Of a stretch of 64,000 bases of DNA, positions 1 through 10,122 are shown in pieces (within the stretch, counting starts at the first letter, position 1; the number at the start of each line of letters is the position of its first letter). The stretch lies in assembly GCA_963737155.1 (NCBI GenBank), contig CAVTRN010000001.1, positions 1,472,001-1,536,000 on the forward strand. The letters run 5' to 3'. This DNA comes from Nitrospirota bacterium (GTDB taxonomy: Bacteria > Nitrospirota > UBA9217). The translations under genes and the position numbers were made by a program. A model generated the notes under the pieces. That model made no database searches. It saw only the letters and a program-made list of their open reading frames with translations, and was not told the DNA's origin.

Positions 1-715
1 AATCAACGATATGTCACCCATGGCGAAATACGAGATGGGGATTCGCGGGGACGATACTACGCCTGGAACCGGACTCCCGACTGCCTTTGAGGACGAAGAT
101 CGACTGAGGATCAGCCTTTACCCGCATTATATGAGGTCTGTAAGACGGGATGGTATCGTAATAGAAAATGTGCACTACTATCATGACGTACTCAGGAAGT
201 GGATTAATGCATCCAAGGGGAGTAGAAAGAGACTATTTGAAGTGAACTATAATCCCCGCGACATGAGCGTAGTTTACTTCTACGATCCGGAGCTTAAAAA
301 GTATTTTCCAATACCTTACAGGAATATGACTCATAAACCGTTGACACTCTGGGATATCACTGCCGAGAAGAAGTATTTACACGAGCAGGGCATGAAAACC
401 ATTGACGAGGCCAGCATCTTCAGATCATATGAACGCAGGATGCACATAGTCGAAAATTCGACGGAAAAAACGAAACAGGCGCGTAAAGAGTCTCGCAAAC
501 GGACCGAAGTGCGGGAATTCCACAAACGTAAGCATAAGCAGGAAACGCAGCCGGCAGAGCATTCCAAAAACGGAAATAATGTATCGAATGTTGCCGACGC
601 TGGACAAGACAAGAAGTCCATATTTACCGACCTGTTAAAAAATGCAAGGCCCTTTGAGGGAATAAAAGTGATACATAGGAAATCTGAAAGGGGTTCGGAT
701 GGTGACGAAGGATGA
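1..715 (+). CDS. tniA: TniA/TnsB-like DDE transposase, C-terminal part (Mu transposase C-terminal domain); 5' end lies outside the window
   Basis: Frame is open back to base 2. R-x-V-RRDGI...YY and YNPRDMSVVYFYDP motifs. Overlaps the tniB start. Confidence 0.85.
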   Translation, partial: INDMSPMAKYEMGIRGDDTTPGTGLPTAFEDEDRLRISLYPHYMRSVRRDGIVIENVHYYHDVLRKWINASKGSRKRLFEVNYNPRDMSVVYFYDPELKKYFPIPYRNMTHKPLTLWDITAEKKYLHEQGMKTIDEASIFRSYERRMHIVENSTEKTKQARKESRKRTEVREFHKRKHKQETQPAEHSKNGNNVSNVADAGQDKKSIFTDLLKNARPFEGIKVIHRKSERGSDGDEG

Positions 716-1607
716 TGTACATGCGGAAAGCCTCATTCCAGATGCACGGGCAGTGCTCGACTTGGACGATAAGGCCAGAGTGGATTATATCCGGCAGGAG
801 AAGTGGATCCCGTATACTCGGGCAAACGAGATATTAGCCAGCCTTGAGGAACTTCTGATCACACCGAAGAAGTCACGGATGCCAAGTATGCTCATTGTTG
901 GCGACTCAAACAATGGCAAATCCAGTATTGCACAAGAGTTCCTCCGTCGCCACCCACCTACTAATGGCATTGAGTCCGAAGCGTATCCCGTTATTTGGAT
1001 AGAAGCCCCGAATACCCCGGACGAGGGTAGGTTGTATAACAATATTCTGAAGCATCTTCTAGTGCCGTTCAAGTACAAGGACATGCCCTCGAAAAAAGAG
1101 CATGAGGTTGATTATTATTTCCAGAAACTTGGCACCAAAATGCTCATCATAGACGATATCCACAACATCTTGAGCGGACCCATAACGAAACAGCTAATAT
1201 TTATGAATGCTTTAAGAACTCTAAATAACAGTTTGTATATTCCTATCGTACTCTTGGGAATAGAAACAGCCTTACAAGCTGTTGCTACAGACAAACAGAC
1301 AAGCAGTAGGTTTCCACCTGTTGCGCTGCCTAAGTGGAAGCCTAATCAAGAGTATGTGTCGCTATTGCTTAGTATTGAAATGATTCTGCCTTTGAGAAAA
1401 GCATCCAATCTGGCTTCTGAAGAACTGGCTCCTTTAATCCTAGATCTTTCCGAAGGGTATATCGGGGATATTGTCGAATTGATGAATACCGCCGCTATCT
1501 ATGCCGTCCAGGCCGGGATTGAGCGGATCACCTCCAAAGTGATTTCTGCATGCGGTTACATCAAACCTTCACAACGAAGCCTCAAGGTAGGGCTGGAGAT
1601 AGTATGA
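699..1607 (+). CDS. tniB: TniB/TnsC AAA+ ATPase
   Basis: WIPYTRA N-terminal motif, Walker A GDSNNGKS, Walker B LIIDDIH, RF-LPKW arginine finger region. Confidence 0.92.
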   Translation: MVTKDDVHAESLIPDARAVLDLDDKARVDYIRQEKWIPYTRANEILASLEELLITPKKSRMPSMLIVGDSNNGKSSIAQEFLRRHPPTNGIESEAYPVIWIEAPNTPDEGRLYNNILKHLLVPFKYKDMPSKKEHEVDYYFQKLGTKMLIIDDIHNILSGPITKQLIFMNALRTLNNSLYIPIVLLGIETALQAVATDKQTSSRFPPVALPKWKPNQEYVSLLLSIEMILPLRKASNLASEELAPLILDLSEGYIGDIVELMNTAAIYAVQAGIERITSKVISACGYIKPSQRSLKVGLEIV

Positions 1608-2796
1608 TGGGGTAGCAAACTTATATAGCGCCCAACTAAAGAAACGCCAGTTTGCGGTCAGGCTTAGACCAGAGAATAGTGAACTTCTCTCATCTTGGTT
1701 GGCAAGGACCATTTATGGCCATATGGTCGATTCCGCGACCTTTTTTAGCCTCTACTTTCCAGAGCGACAAAATATTATCTGGAAACGGGATATAGACCTA
1801 ACAGCCGATGATGAATTTTTGGAGATATTGTCTTATAAGAGCGGTCTGCGTTTCGGAGACCTCCTAGATCTTACGTTGAGATCATATGAGTCATATCTTG
1901 CGGAAAAGATATCCACTGTAGCAGCAAACCATTTTATTCAACCTTTGGGGAATTTTGGTCGAATGACAACAATGTACGGGCTGAGATTCTGTCCTATATG
2001 TCTGAAGGAAGATAAAATTCCTTTTTTTAGAAAAACATGGAGACTTTCTTTTTCAACGGCCTGTATTAAACACGGATGTTTCTTGCTGGACAGATGCCAG
2101 AAGTGCAATTACTCGATTTCCATTTTTAGGCGATTTTATGATCATGGCTTTCCTCATTGCTATAAATGCGGGGCGGAATATAAAAACGCAACGCCGGAAT
2201 TAATCACCGCCGACTCGCATGGGCTCCAACCTATCAAACAATTATATAACATACTGGATTCTGGCGTGTTTAGATTTTCCAACCGTTATACTTACTCCTT
2301 TTTATTCTTTGAGATGTTGTACAAGGTTATCAAACTCGTATGTTTCTGGAAAAAGGATAAGGCGTTCTTTGGTCAGCAAGATGATGTGTTATACAGAAAA
2401 CTTATGTTCAACGAGCCCATTCACAGATATCTGACAGATTACCCATTAAAGGTCCAACACCTTCTTTTTTCCAACGCAATGGATCTTTTTAACGGCCTGC
2501 CGGATAAACTTGTCGGGTTTTTAACTGCCAATAATATGAGAATGTCCGATCTAGTACATGACCTCAAATATGTTCCTTTTTGGTTTGCCGAAATTGCGGA
2601 ACAGTTCAATCTCGATCAGAGAGCTGTGACTATAGACGAGGTTCGTAATGCTATAACATACTTAAAAAAGAGGAATAAACTCGTTTATCGGCAATCTGTC
2701 GCGGATCTCATGGGGGTTTTCAATTTTAATCCCAAAAAGCGACGGGATATTAGTAAGCTGTTTAATAAAGTCGGGCGTTTTTATTTAGCTGCTTGA
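1604..2796 (+). CDS. tniQ: TniQ/TnsD-family target-selection protein; true 5' end lies upstream of the called ORF, with a possible 1-nt frameshift near 1609
   Basis: In-frame upstream RPENSELLSSWLAR is the TniQ N-terminal motif. RFCPICL, WRL, C-x2-H, C-x2-C zinc sites. Confidence 0.85.
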
Positions 2797-2904
2797 TGAG
2801 GCTAACACATGCAATGATATGCTATACGATTATGCTCCAACCGAGACTATCCCACTGTTGGATGCCCTATATACTTCAGAGTTGGGACTATTCTTAAACT
2901 TCTG

Positions 2905-3090
2905 TATGACTGCCCGTACCAGACCATGGAAGGACTCCACATAGTCATCGCGGATGTCATTGAACGATGCAACAAGTACTGACTTGTGGAAAAACATGGC
3001 TTCAGAAGCCTGCGGCAGGCATACGATCAGCTTCAGCTTAAAGTAGCCACGTAAGTACTATATTGTGTCCAAGGTACCAGGTGCGCTACA
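2905..3090 (+). pseudogene. IS3-family transposase 3' remnant with right end
   Basis: Degenerate peptide ...IADVIERCNKY*LVEKHGFRSLRQAY, then TGTGTCCAAG-GTACCAGGTGCGCTACA, an IS3-type right end terminating in CA. Confidence 0.55.
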
Positions 3091-3273
3091 CTTTAGTTCC
3101 GTTAGTTCCTTATTTCCAATAAATTAAAAGTGTGATATATTTCTACTGTATCTTCAAACCCCGTCTTACATTATCTGAGTCGATCGAATTCCATTAACAC
3201 CAGACTTCAGAATTATCGGGAGCGGTTCAATTCCTATAACAATGTTATGTGGCAACATAAATCGGAGTCAGAT

Positions 3274-3657
3274 ATGCCTACCTCTGAAATAATTAGAGCC
3301 TTTTTGTCTCATGCATCATCAACGAGTTCACGTTCAACAGCTCTTCAACCGCTTAGTTGGCTCACTGGAATATTGATATCAGGCTTAGTTATTGCACCCA
3401 AATGGAAGGCACCCAATTGGGTGCTTATTTTAATAGCGATTATGTTAGGTCTGACAGTAGCCCTTTTTTTGGCTAGCTACGGGTATTACGCATTAAAAAA
3501 ACCAGATGCCCTGCGTTCCGAGCGTTTTACATTATCCAAAATGGCTATTGAAAAGAATCTAATCGGAGATAATACTACTGGATTAACAGAAGTCGCAGAT
3601 TTTGGCGAAACAACGTCATTAAAAGTCCTTCCTGATAAACAGGGTGCTAAAGAATGA
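3274..3657 (+). CDS. Two-TM membrane protein, hypothetical
   Basis: GGAG RBS before ATG 3274. Two hydrophobic helices followed by PDALRSE. ATGA overlap with the next ORF. Confidence 0.7.
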   Translation: MPTSEIIRAFLSHASSTSSRSTALQPLSWLTGILISGLVIAPKWKAPNWVLILIAIMLGLTVALFLASYGYYALKKPDALRSERFTLSKMAIEKNLIGDNTTGLTEVADFGETTSLKVLPDKQGAKE

Positions 3658-3944
3658 AGAACATAGCGATTAGCTTGAATGCTGGATTACCAAATCAGCG
3701 GAATGAGATAACAAATTTATTCTCAAACAACGATTGGGCATATTGGCACTGGATCGATGATTTCTGGATCGTTCAGGTGCCAGACGAATACACCCCCCAA
3801 TCGCTTTACGAAAAATTGGGTAAATTACCTAGTCTTGGCTCCTCAACTATCCTTGTTTTTGAATTCCAAGGGTCGATTACCTACTGGGGTATTGCCGAAG
3901 AAGAAGCATGGAAGTGGCTGAGTGTCATAGGTGTAGCCGGTTAA
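3654..3944 (+). CDS. Small hypothetical protein (possible Cas2/VapD-like ferredoxin fold)
   Basis: 96 aa, translationally coupled to the upstream ORF. WAYWHWIDDFWIV...WG pattern. Confidence 0.6.
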   Translation: MKNIAISLNAGLPNQRNEITNLFSNNDWAYWHWIDDFWIVQVPDEYTPQSLYEKLGKLPSLGSSTILVFEFQGSITYWGIAEEEAWKWLSVIGVAG

Positions 3945-4080
3945 GCACTGTGCTAAATTTGTGTTAAAAGTGTTCAAAAAGGACAGAACAGTAAAATAGA
4001 TAGAGTTAACAGAACAGCAACAACCTCTTGATTGTGAAAGTAAAACGGGAAACCAGGCAACAAATCAAGGTTTTTTTCTT

Positions 4081-4124
4081 CTTTCACGGCGATAGCAGGG
4101 GTTCGAATCCTCTTGGGGACGCCA
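4081..4124 (+). other. att core: duplicated 3' half of tRNA-Glu(TTC), a genomic-island junction
   Basis: CTTTCACGGCGATAGCAGGGGTTCGAATCCTCTTGGGGACGCCA matches the anticodon loop through CCA of tRNA-Glu. The 5' half is absent. Confidence 0.88.
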
Positions 4125-4325
4125 ACAATTCCTAAAAGAATCAGAACTTTTACGGTTCTGGTTCTTTTTAATTTTTGGTACACAGATAGTACACATTTGA
4201 CTGCGGACGGTCCCATCATCAGTAGCCTCTCCTCTTGTAAATTCCTGCTGCCTGTTTTATACTCATTTTGATCAATTAGCCCGAAAAGTTTACCTTCTAA
4301 GAACAACAAAAAGCTGGGAGGCGTT

Positions 4326-5462
4326 ATGTCGTCGATAGAATGCGCTTTCTGTGGCACACCTATTACCGAACAAAACGACTCCAAAGAGCATTTGATCGCA
4401 AATGCAATAGGGGGGAGAAAAAAAATCAGTGGCTTCCTTTGTAAAGTTTGCAATAGTATATCAGGGAAAGATTGGGATGCTGAGCTTGCTAAACAACTAA
4501 ACCCCCTCAGTTTATTTTTTGGGATTATTAGAGAAAGAGGTGAAGTCCCATCACAGATAGTGGAAACAACCAAAGGCGATCGACTTCAATATAATCCTGA
4601 CGGCAGAATGAGCCTGCCAAAGCCCGAGTACAAGGAAGAGTCGCTCGGCGCAGGCGTACAAATAAGCATAAAAGCGAGATCACTCAAAGAGGCGCGGCAA
4701 ATGCTTGCTGGAATTAGAAGAAAGTATCCGAAAATCGAGACAAATGGATTACTTCAGAATGCCAAACGCGAATCTTTCTATTCGAAAGATATGCTTAAAT
4801 TCAGTCACTCATTTGGAGGGCATAAGGTTGGACGAGCACTGGTTAAATCAGCTTTTGGGCTTGCTGTTGCTGCGGGTGTTAATCCCAAATCATGCGAGAA
4901 TGCCATTAACTATTTGACTAAAGAAAATTCAGAGGCATGTTTTGGATATTTTTACGAGCGGGACCTGATAAAAAATCGGCCGGACGGTGTTGTATTTCAC
5001 TGTGTTGCTGTGAATGGTAATCTAAAAACACGCCAACTTCTCGGATATGTGGAGTATTACGGCGTTCGAAGAATGATAATTTCTCTTTCTGATTCGTATG
5101 ATGGGCAAGAGTTCTCTAACGTTTATGCGATTGATCCCATTTCGGGTAACGAGATTGCTCTTGATGTTGACCTTTCACTTACACCAGAGGAAGTGAAAGC
5201 CGCATATCGATACGAGAAGATTCCGCCGGGGTCGGTTGAATCTGCCTTTAAAAAAGTTATTCTAATCGGTTTAGAAAAGGCTTTTGAAAAAGAGAAAAAC
5301 AGGGCAATAACGGAAGCGGTCGAATACGCTATTAAGAATTGCGGAGCGGCAGAAGGCGAGCTTTTAACAGAGGACCATACGAAAAAATTAATAGGCCTTA
5401 TAATGGAAAAGCTAGAGCCTTACTTAATGCATCACACCAAAGATCATTCGGAACGGAGATAA
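4326..5462 (+). CDS. HNH endonuclease domain protein
   Basis: CAFCG...EHLIANAIGG...LCKVCNS zinc/HNH motif. GGAGG RBS. Confidence 0.8.
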   Translation: MSSIECAFCGTPITEQNDSKEHLIANAIGGRKKISGFLCKVCNSISGKDWDAELAKQLNPLSLFFGIIRERGEVPSQIVETTKGDRLQYNPDGRMSLPKPEYKEESLGAGVQISIKARSLKEARQMLAGIRRKYPKIETNGLLQNAKRESFYSKDMLKFSHSFGGHKVGRALVKSAFGLAVAAGVNPKSCENAINYLTKENSEACFGYFYERDLIKNRPDGVVFHCVAVNGNLKTRQLLGYVEYYGVRRMIISLSDSYDGQEFSNVYAIDPISGNEIALDVDLSLTPEEVKAAYRYEKIPPGSVESAFKKVILIGLEKAFEKEKNRAITEAVEYAIKNCGAAEGELLTEDHTKKLIGLIMEKLEPYLMHHTKDHSERR

Positions 5463-6342
5463 AATCTTATGTGGAAATCAAACCCGACCTTCGGAAACTT
5501 AGTCCTCCCTACGACGACCTCCGTAAACATCGTCGGACCAAGTTTGTTCAAATCCTTCATGTCAGTTCAGCAATGCGCACACTTAAGGGTTTCATAGCCC
5601 AGCGCCTCACCATAATGCTCCCATTTGCCGCCATCTTGGGGCACACTGGGAAATCCTGAACCGTAGCCATAATGAGACATCCTGAAATAGAAAAGGCTGG
5701 CACGGCATTTCCGCCAGGTAGCCTTTAGGTTCGTAACTTAAACCGATTTCAACACATCATGCATTATCCGAATTATTCATGCACTCGCTTTATTTGGTCG
5801 ATAGACCCGACAACCTTTAACGATGCCGCTTCTACCGCCTTATACATCTGCTCAGCTTTTTCTCGGTTCCCGGTGCGGTAAGCTGCAATTGCTTCCTTCG
5901 ACAGCCGGGTTGTATTTCTTTATGAGGTTCTACCACTGTCTTGTAGCTTAGCATCTGCCCGCAAATTATCTGGTCTTCTTTGTCGTACCACTTCCCGAAC
6001 CTGCATTGGCGATTGTGGAAGTGGCTTCTATGTTCTTTGTAACCTCTTCGGTTGCCGCCGACTGTTCTTTCTATAACGCACAATATATGATTATGGACTT
6101 CATTTCCATCACGTAGGCAAAATGCTTTATGATAAAGTTGATTATTTCCAATAAACGAGAAATGTGATATGCTTCTAACACACTTTCAGATTGCATATTA
6201 CAAAAACGGGGGTATAGCACGTCCCTCTGAATAACAACATCTAGACCTTGTGTGTGAGTTCCAGACTTATATTATAACTAGTCGTTAAACCCAAAACTAA
6301 GAAACCTGTATTTTAACTCAGCATTAGTATGAGGAATATTGA

Positions 6343-7233
6343 ATGGCACGACATAGAACAAGTCCACTTGAGGATTTCTTCTTAATAGTGATCAGAAAAA
6401 TCCCCTGGTGGGTTTTTGTTTTTTTGGCGCTGATATCATTTTCGGTGTTGCATTTTTTTGCCACTAGACCTTTGGTAAACATAGGCCCAGTTTACCTGCT
6501 AAAAAGAACTATTCAAATGTTGGCTATGTTCGGACAATACCTTATCCTTATTTTTATTGGTCTTGTAGCTCTATTGTCAGCCATGCAGAAAAAGCTGTAC
6601 GGCAGAACGGAGTCACGCTTCGATGTTGCTGCTTTGAATGAAATGAGCTGGGAGGATTTCGAGAGGCTAGTCGGCGAATACTATGAACGTGTTGGTTTCC
6701 AAGTTACACGGACAGGCAGCGATGGCCCCGATGGTGGTATAGATTTAGTGCTACGTAAAGATGGCGAAACACATCTAGTACAGTGCAAACAGTGGAAGGC
6801 ATATAAGGTCGGGGTGCAACCGGTCCGAGAGTTCTACGGAGTAATGGCCGCGCGTGGTGTAGCTGGTGGATACTTTGTCACCTCCGGCGCATACACCGAA
6901 GCGGCTCAGGAATTTGCACAGGGCCTCAATGTTGAATTGATTGACGGGGGCAAGCTCGTGGATATGATTGACTTGGCGCGAAAGAAGCCTACAGCGTTAG
7001 CTATTAAAAACGAATCAGAACAATTGGCCATTACACCAGTCTGTCCAAAATGTGGCGCAGAGATGAATAAACGGGTCGGGCGTCTAGGAAACACTGCTGG
7101 TAAGGAATTTTGGGGGTGCAGCACCTTTCCAGAATGTAACGGCACTCGACAGCTGGAGTATGCCGCCAGCGATGGGGTTACACTTACAGTGTCATCGAAA
7201 GCGGCTACTTCTGTGCCAGAAAAAAAGAGTTGA
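6343..7233 (+). CDS. Membrane-anchored Mrr-family restriction endonuclease with topoisomerase-type Zn ribbon
   Basis: WEDFERLV, DGGIDL, VQCKQW, FVTSG motifs. CPKCG...FWGCSTFPEC ribbon. Two N-terminal TM helices. Confidence 0.88.
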   Translation: MARHRTSPLEDFFLIVIRKIPWWVFVFLALISFSVLHFFATRPLVNIGPVYLLKRTIQMLAMFGQYLILIFIGLVALLSAMQKKLYGRTESRFDVAALNEMSWEDFERLVGEYYERVGFQVTRTGSDGPDGGIDLVLRKDGETHLVQCKQWKAYKVGVQPVREFYGVMAARGVAGGYFVTSGAYTEAAQEFAQGLNVELIDGGKLVDMIDLARKKPTALAIKNESEQLAITPVCPKCGAEMNKRVGRLGNTAGKEFWGCSTFPECNGTRQLEYAASDGVTLTVSSKAATSVPEKKS

Positions 7234-7921
7234 CCCGATTGTGGTGCGGAGCTGTTTTGGTTCAAGAGCGGTCAATATATTTACGGCTGTATAACTGTAA
7301 GAAAGGATGGCCAGTGGAGCTGGCGTGGTATCGTGGTATGATGAGTCGTGTTTGTGACCATTAGAAATGTATGACTTTGCTTCACAGGTTCACCGCAAAA
7401 CCGTTAAGGAATGACTGCTTCCGTCCATTGCCCATATTCGTTTTTCACAGGGTTAAAAAAGACGGAACCTTAGGAGTGACAATTTACGTCAGTTTTTTGC
7501 CATAAATTGGCAATTCTTATGTTTTTTTATTATACTTCCAGTTAATTTCGTTAAAAAAACAATGTATTATTAAAAACCTCATGTTAAGCATATTAATTGC
7601 ATGTTTATGCGTAGAAAATATATAAATTAGATTATAATTTATTAATATATAGCTCTTAATAAAAATTGTGTTGATTTTTATGATACAATAAGTTAAAGTC
7701 AACTCTAATTTTAGCCGAAAAGTTATCTAGTAGATTGTTGAACAGCCATCCGTACGTTTATCCTTCAACCGAATTAGGCTGAAGAAAGGGATAAGTTGAA
7801 GAGGGGTATTATTAGTGATCGGTAAACTTGCCGAACTATTCAAAATATTCTTCAACAAGGTGAGTAGAACATATCTGGGAGCTAGTTATAACAAAATGTG
7901 ATAAAGGGGAGGTAAAATATC

Positions 7922-7951
7922 ATGAGAAAAGGTGACCCGACAGAAGAGTAA
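7922..7951 (+). CDS. Possible 9-aa micropeptide MRKGDPTEE
   Basis: Strong SD (AAGGGGAGGT) 8 nt upstream and a terminator immediately downstream. Confidence 0.3.
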   Translation: MRKGDPTEE

Positions 7952-7980
7952 AAGAGAATCTCAGCAATCATTAGTAATAA

Positions 7981-8012
7981 ATAAAAAGAGGGGCAATGGC
8001 CCCTCTTTTTAT
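7981..8012. terminator. Bidirectional rho-independent terminator
   Basis: ATAAAAAGAGGGGC-AATG-GCCCCTCTTTTTAT perfect hairpin with A/T tails. Confidence 0.88.
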
Positions 8013-8033
8013 TTATTGGTTATGATATAGAAA

Positions 8034-9635
8034 TTACTTGGTATTCATGATCTCTTGGACATGGTTCAATTGCATGTTCATACTTCTAAAATTAAATGAT
8101 GTGTAATTAACTTTATCGCCCATCGTTTTACAGTATTCTTTAGCCTTGGCCAAATCTTTTGCATCTTTACTCCTTTTGTAGGTATGGTAGTAGAACATAG
8201 CAACGGAGTCAAACATATTACTAGTGGCAGTTTCTTTTTCTAGCAGTGTTTCTAATTCCATGAAGTAGCTTCTGGCAATGTTATAATCCGAATCTGAATT
8301 GGTTAGCACATATTTTTCTAAAGCATACCAGCAAACATTGTTGATCAAATTCTCATAGTCTTGATCTGGAAATGTGCCAGTATTTTTATCAACAATTTTC
8401 CGAGCTTCCATTATTTTTTCTAGTGCAATATCTATATATTCAGAGCCGAGCATCCAATACGTATATGCAAGTCTAGCTTTCACCTTGAATAAATTTTTGT
8501 AGTCACATGCTGGTTGATTATCTAGAATTTTTTCGCTTTCATCGAAAGCAGCTAAAGCGTTTTCAATATGATTCGGGAGATCACTTTGAATAAAATATAT
8601 CTCTCCTATTCGGAAAAATACAACATAGTGGTCAGGATGTTTTTCTTTAACTTTCTCATAAGTTTTTAGCGCTTCGTTGTACTTCCCTTCATAAAATAAT
8701 AAGAAAGCATCCTCCATATCATTCCAATATTGAAGGTTAAGATCACTATCGAAGTCCTGTTTTTTTAACTGGCTAAAAAGATTGGAATAAAGTTCTCGTG
8801 CCTTCTTTAGCCATGGAACTTTTGGATTTTTTAAATTATAGGTTTTAATAAAAGCCCAGTATATTTCGAACTTATCCTTAAAAGGTCCATCTTCAATAAA
8901 TATTTTCGGAAATAACTCTTCTTCATAAGTAAAAAACCCACGTGGTCCAAGCTTTTCATTTGAATATTTATCCCCGCATTGCTCTCTCTCGTTTATCTCC
9001 CTTAAATGAGTCATAAGAACATCCATTGTCTGGAGGTCGCGAGCAAGCAAAGAAAAACTTTTCTTTATATGTGGATGAATACTACCCCTTTTATAAGAAA
9101 GTGAATGCTCTAATTCACCCCATACATCCTGGAGTAGAGTTCTTAATTGAATTTCAGCAGTAAACGACTTATCCCCAACTACTCGTTCGATAACATAATG
9201 TATCGATTTATAACCTGACTTTTTTTCATCGATTAAAGGTATTGCTCGATCGTAATATTTTTTGGTCATTCCGATAATTAGGTCAATATTATCATTATCT
9301 TCCCAATTATATATTTTAAGTTCTCTCAATGAGAAACCGTTTGCCAATAGTGCCCCGAGAAAAAAGTCATGAGTAAGAAAAATATCTTTTTCAAAGAGGC
9401 ACAATAATCTAAAGCCCGCATAGTCCGTTATATTATCGAGTACAGTAATCTTTTTTCGTTTTGTTTTTAAGAATACGCTTTCAGGAGATTTAACACGATA
9501 TTTCGATGTGTAAACCGGAAGGTTTTGTTCTTGTCGTCCCTGTTTTACTATACCGTCTAGTTCACTTAAGATGCTATTGAAACCATGTATATACTTTTTT
9601 ACATATGCAGTAATTTCAGAAAAAGTAATTGACAC
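8034..9635 (-). CDS. RelA/SpoT synthetase-domain (SAS-like) protein fused to C-terminal TPR repeats
   Basis: RVKSPES, DYAGFR, SGYKSIHY, EIQLRTLLQDVWGELEH motifs. TPR-like helices (GKYNEALKTYEK...FRIGEIY). AGGAGG RBS. Confidence 0.88.
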   Translation of the reverse strand: MSITFSEITAYVKKYIHGFNSILSELDGIVKQGRQEQNLPVYTSKYRVKSPESVFLKTKRKKITVLDNITDYAGFRLLCLFEKDIFLTHDFFLGALLANGFSLRELKIYNWEDNDNIDLIIGMTKKYYDRAIPLIDEKKSGYKSIHYVIERVVGDKSFTAEIQLRTLLQDVWGELEHSLSYKRGSIHPHIKKSFSLLARDLQTMDVLMTHLREINEREQCGDKYSNEKLGPRGFFTYEEELFPKIFIEDGPFKDKFEIYWAFIKTYNLKNPKVPWLKKARELYSNLFSQLKKQDFDSDLNLQYWNDMEDAFLLFYEGKYNEALKTYEKVKEKHPDHYVVFFRIGEIYFIQSDLPNHIENALAAFDESEKILDNQPACDYKNLFKVKARLAYTYWMLGSEYIDIALEKIMEARKIVDKNTGTFPDQDYENLINNVCWYALEKYVLTNSDSDYNIARSYFMELETLLEKETATSNMFDSVAMFYYHTYKRSKDAKDLAKAKEYCKTMGDKVNYTSFNFRSMNMQLNHVQEIMNTK

Positions 9636-10046
9636 CGCTTGTCACCTCCTGATTTTAATAAATCGTGAGTAAGAATATTAGTAGAACGACTCCTTTTCAA
9701 TAAGTTAATTAGCATAGTTTAATTGAACTGATTACCTGCGCCCGTCGATATAAGTCAAAGTCGTGATTCGCATAATCCCTCAAAACGACGCTAGGTAGCT
9801 GACAGCATAGCCAGAGTGTCAGGTGGAGGGGGCCGTTAAGCCCGTTGCGCCGCACCGTGCCTGTCACGTGCGGCATACAGAACCAGCCTGATGAGCGCGT
9901 GATGTAGTGAAGAACCGACATTAAAACCGCAGGAAACTATGGTCATGGTCGGGATGATGGTAGCTTAGAAAAACATCGATGAGAAAATTAAAGTTTCTCG
10001 TCAACGAGATACCTTTTCTTTTTTGACAAGTGCCATTTAAACGGAT

Positions 10047-10122
10047 GCCTATGAATATTTGCGTAACCGGCGCGGAGCATGCGCCAGCGTGCGAAAAGTC
10101 CAGGTTGACGCGGTGGTTAGGC
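10047..10122 (-). other. Integron attC site (degenerate R' core)
   Basis: Minus strand: GCCTAAC-cacc-GCGTCAACCTGG...CCGGTTACGC-aaatatt-CATAGGC, an imperfect palindrome directly after a minus-strand gene. Confidence 0.7.

Noticed and set aside
1-3100. CRISPR-associated transposon (CAST)
   Set aside because: No cas genes or repeat-spacer array are visible anywhere in the window.
4050-4124. Functional tRNA-Glu gene
   Set aside because: The acceptor 5' strand and D-arm are absent. Only the 3' half is present, so it is an att remnant.
3974-4573. 199-aa minus-strand ORF
   Set aside because: It is antisense to the HNH gene and the att site. The tRNA-antisense text (GVPKRIRTPA) marks it as spurious.
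9886-9920. Hammerhead ribozyme (CTGATGA)
   Set aside because: No stem II or GAAA core follows.
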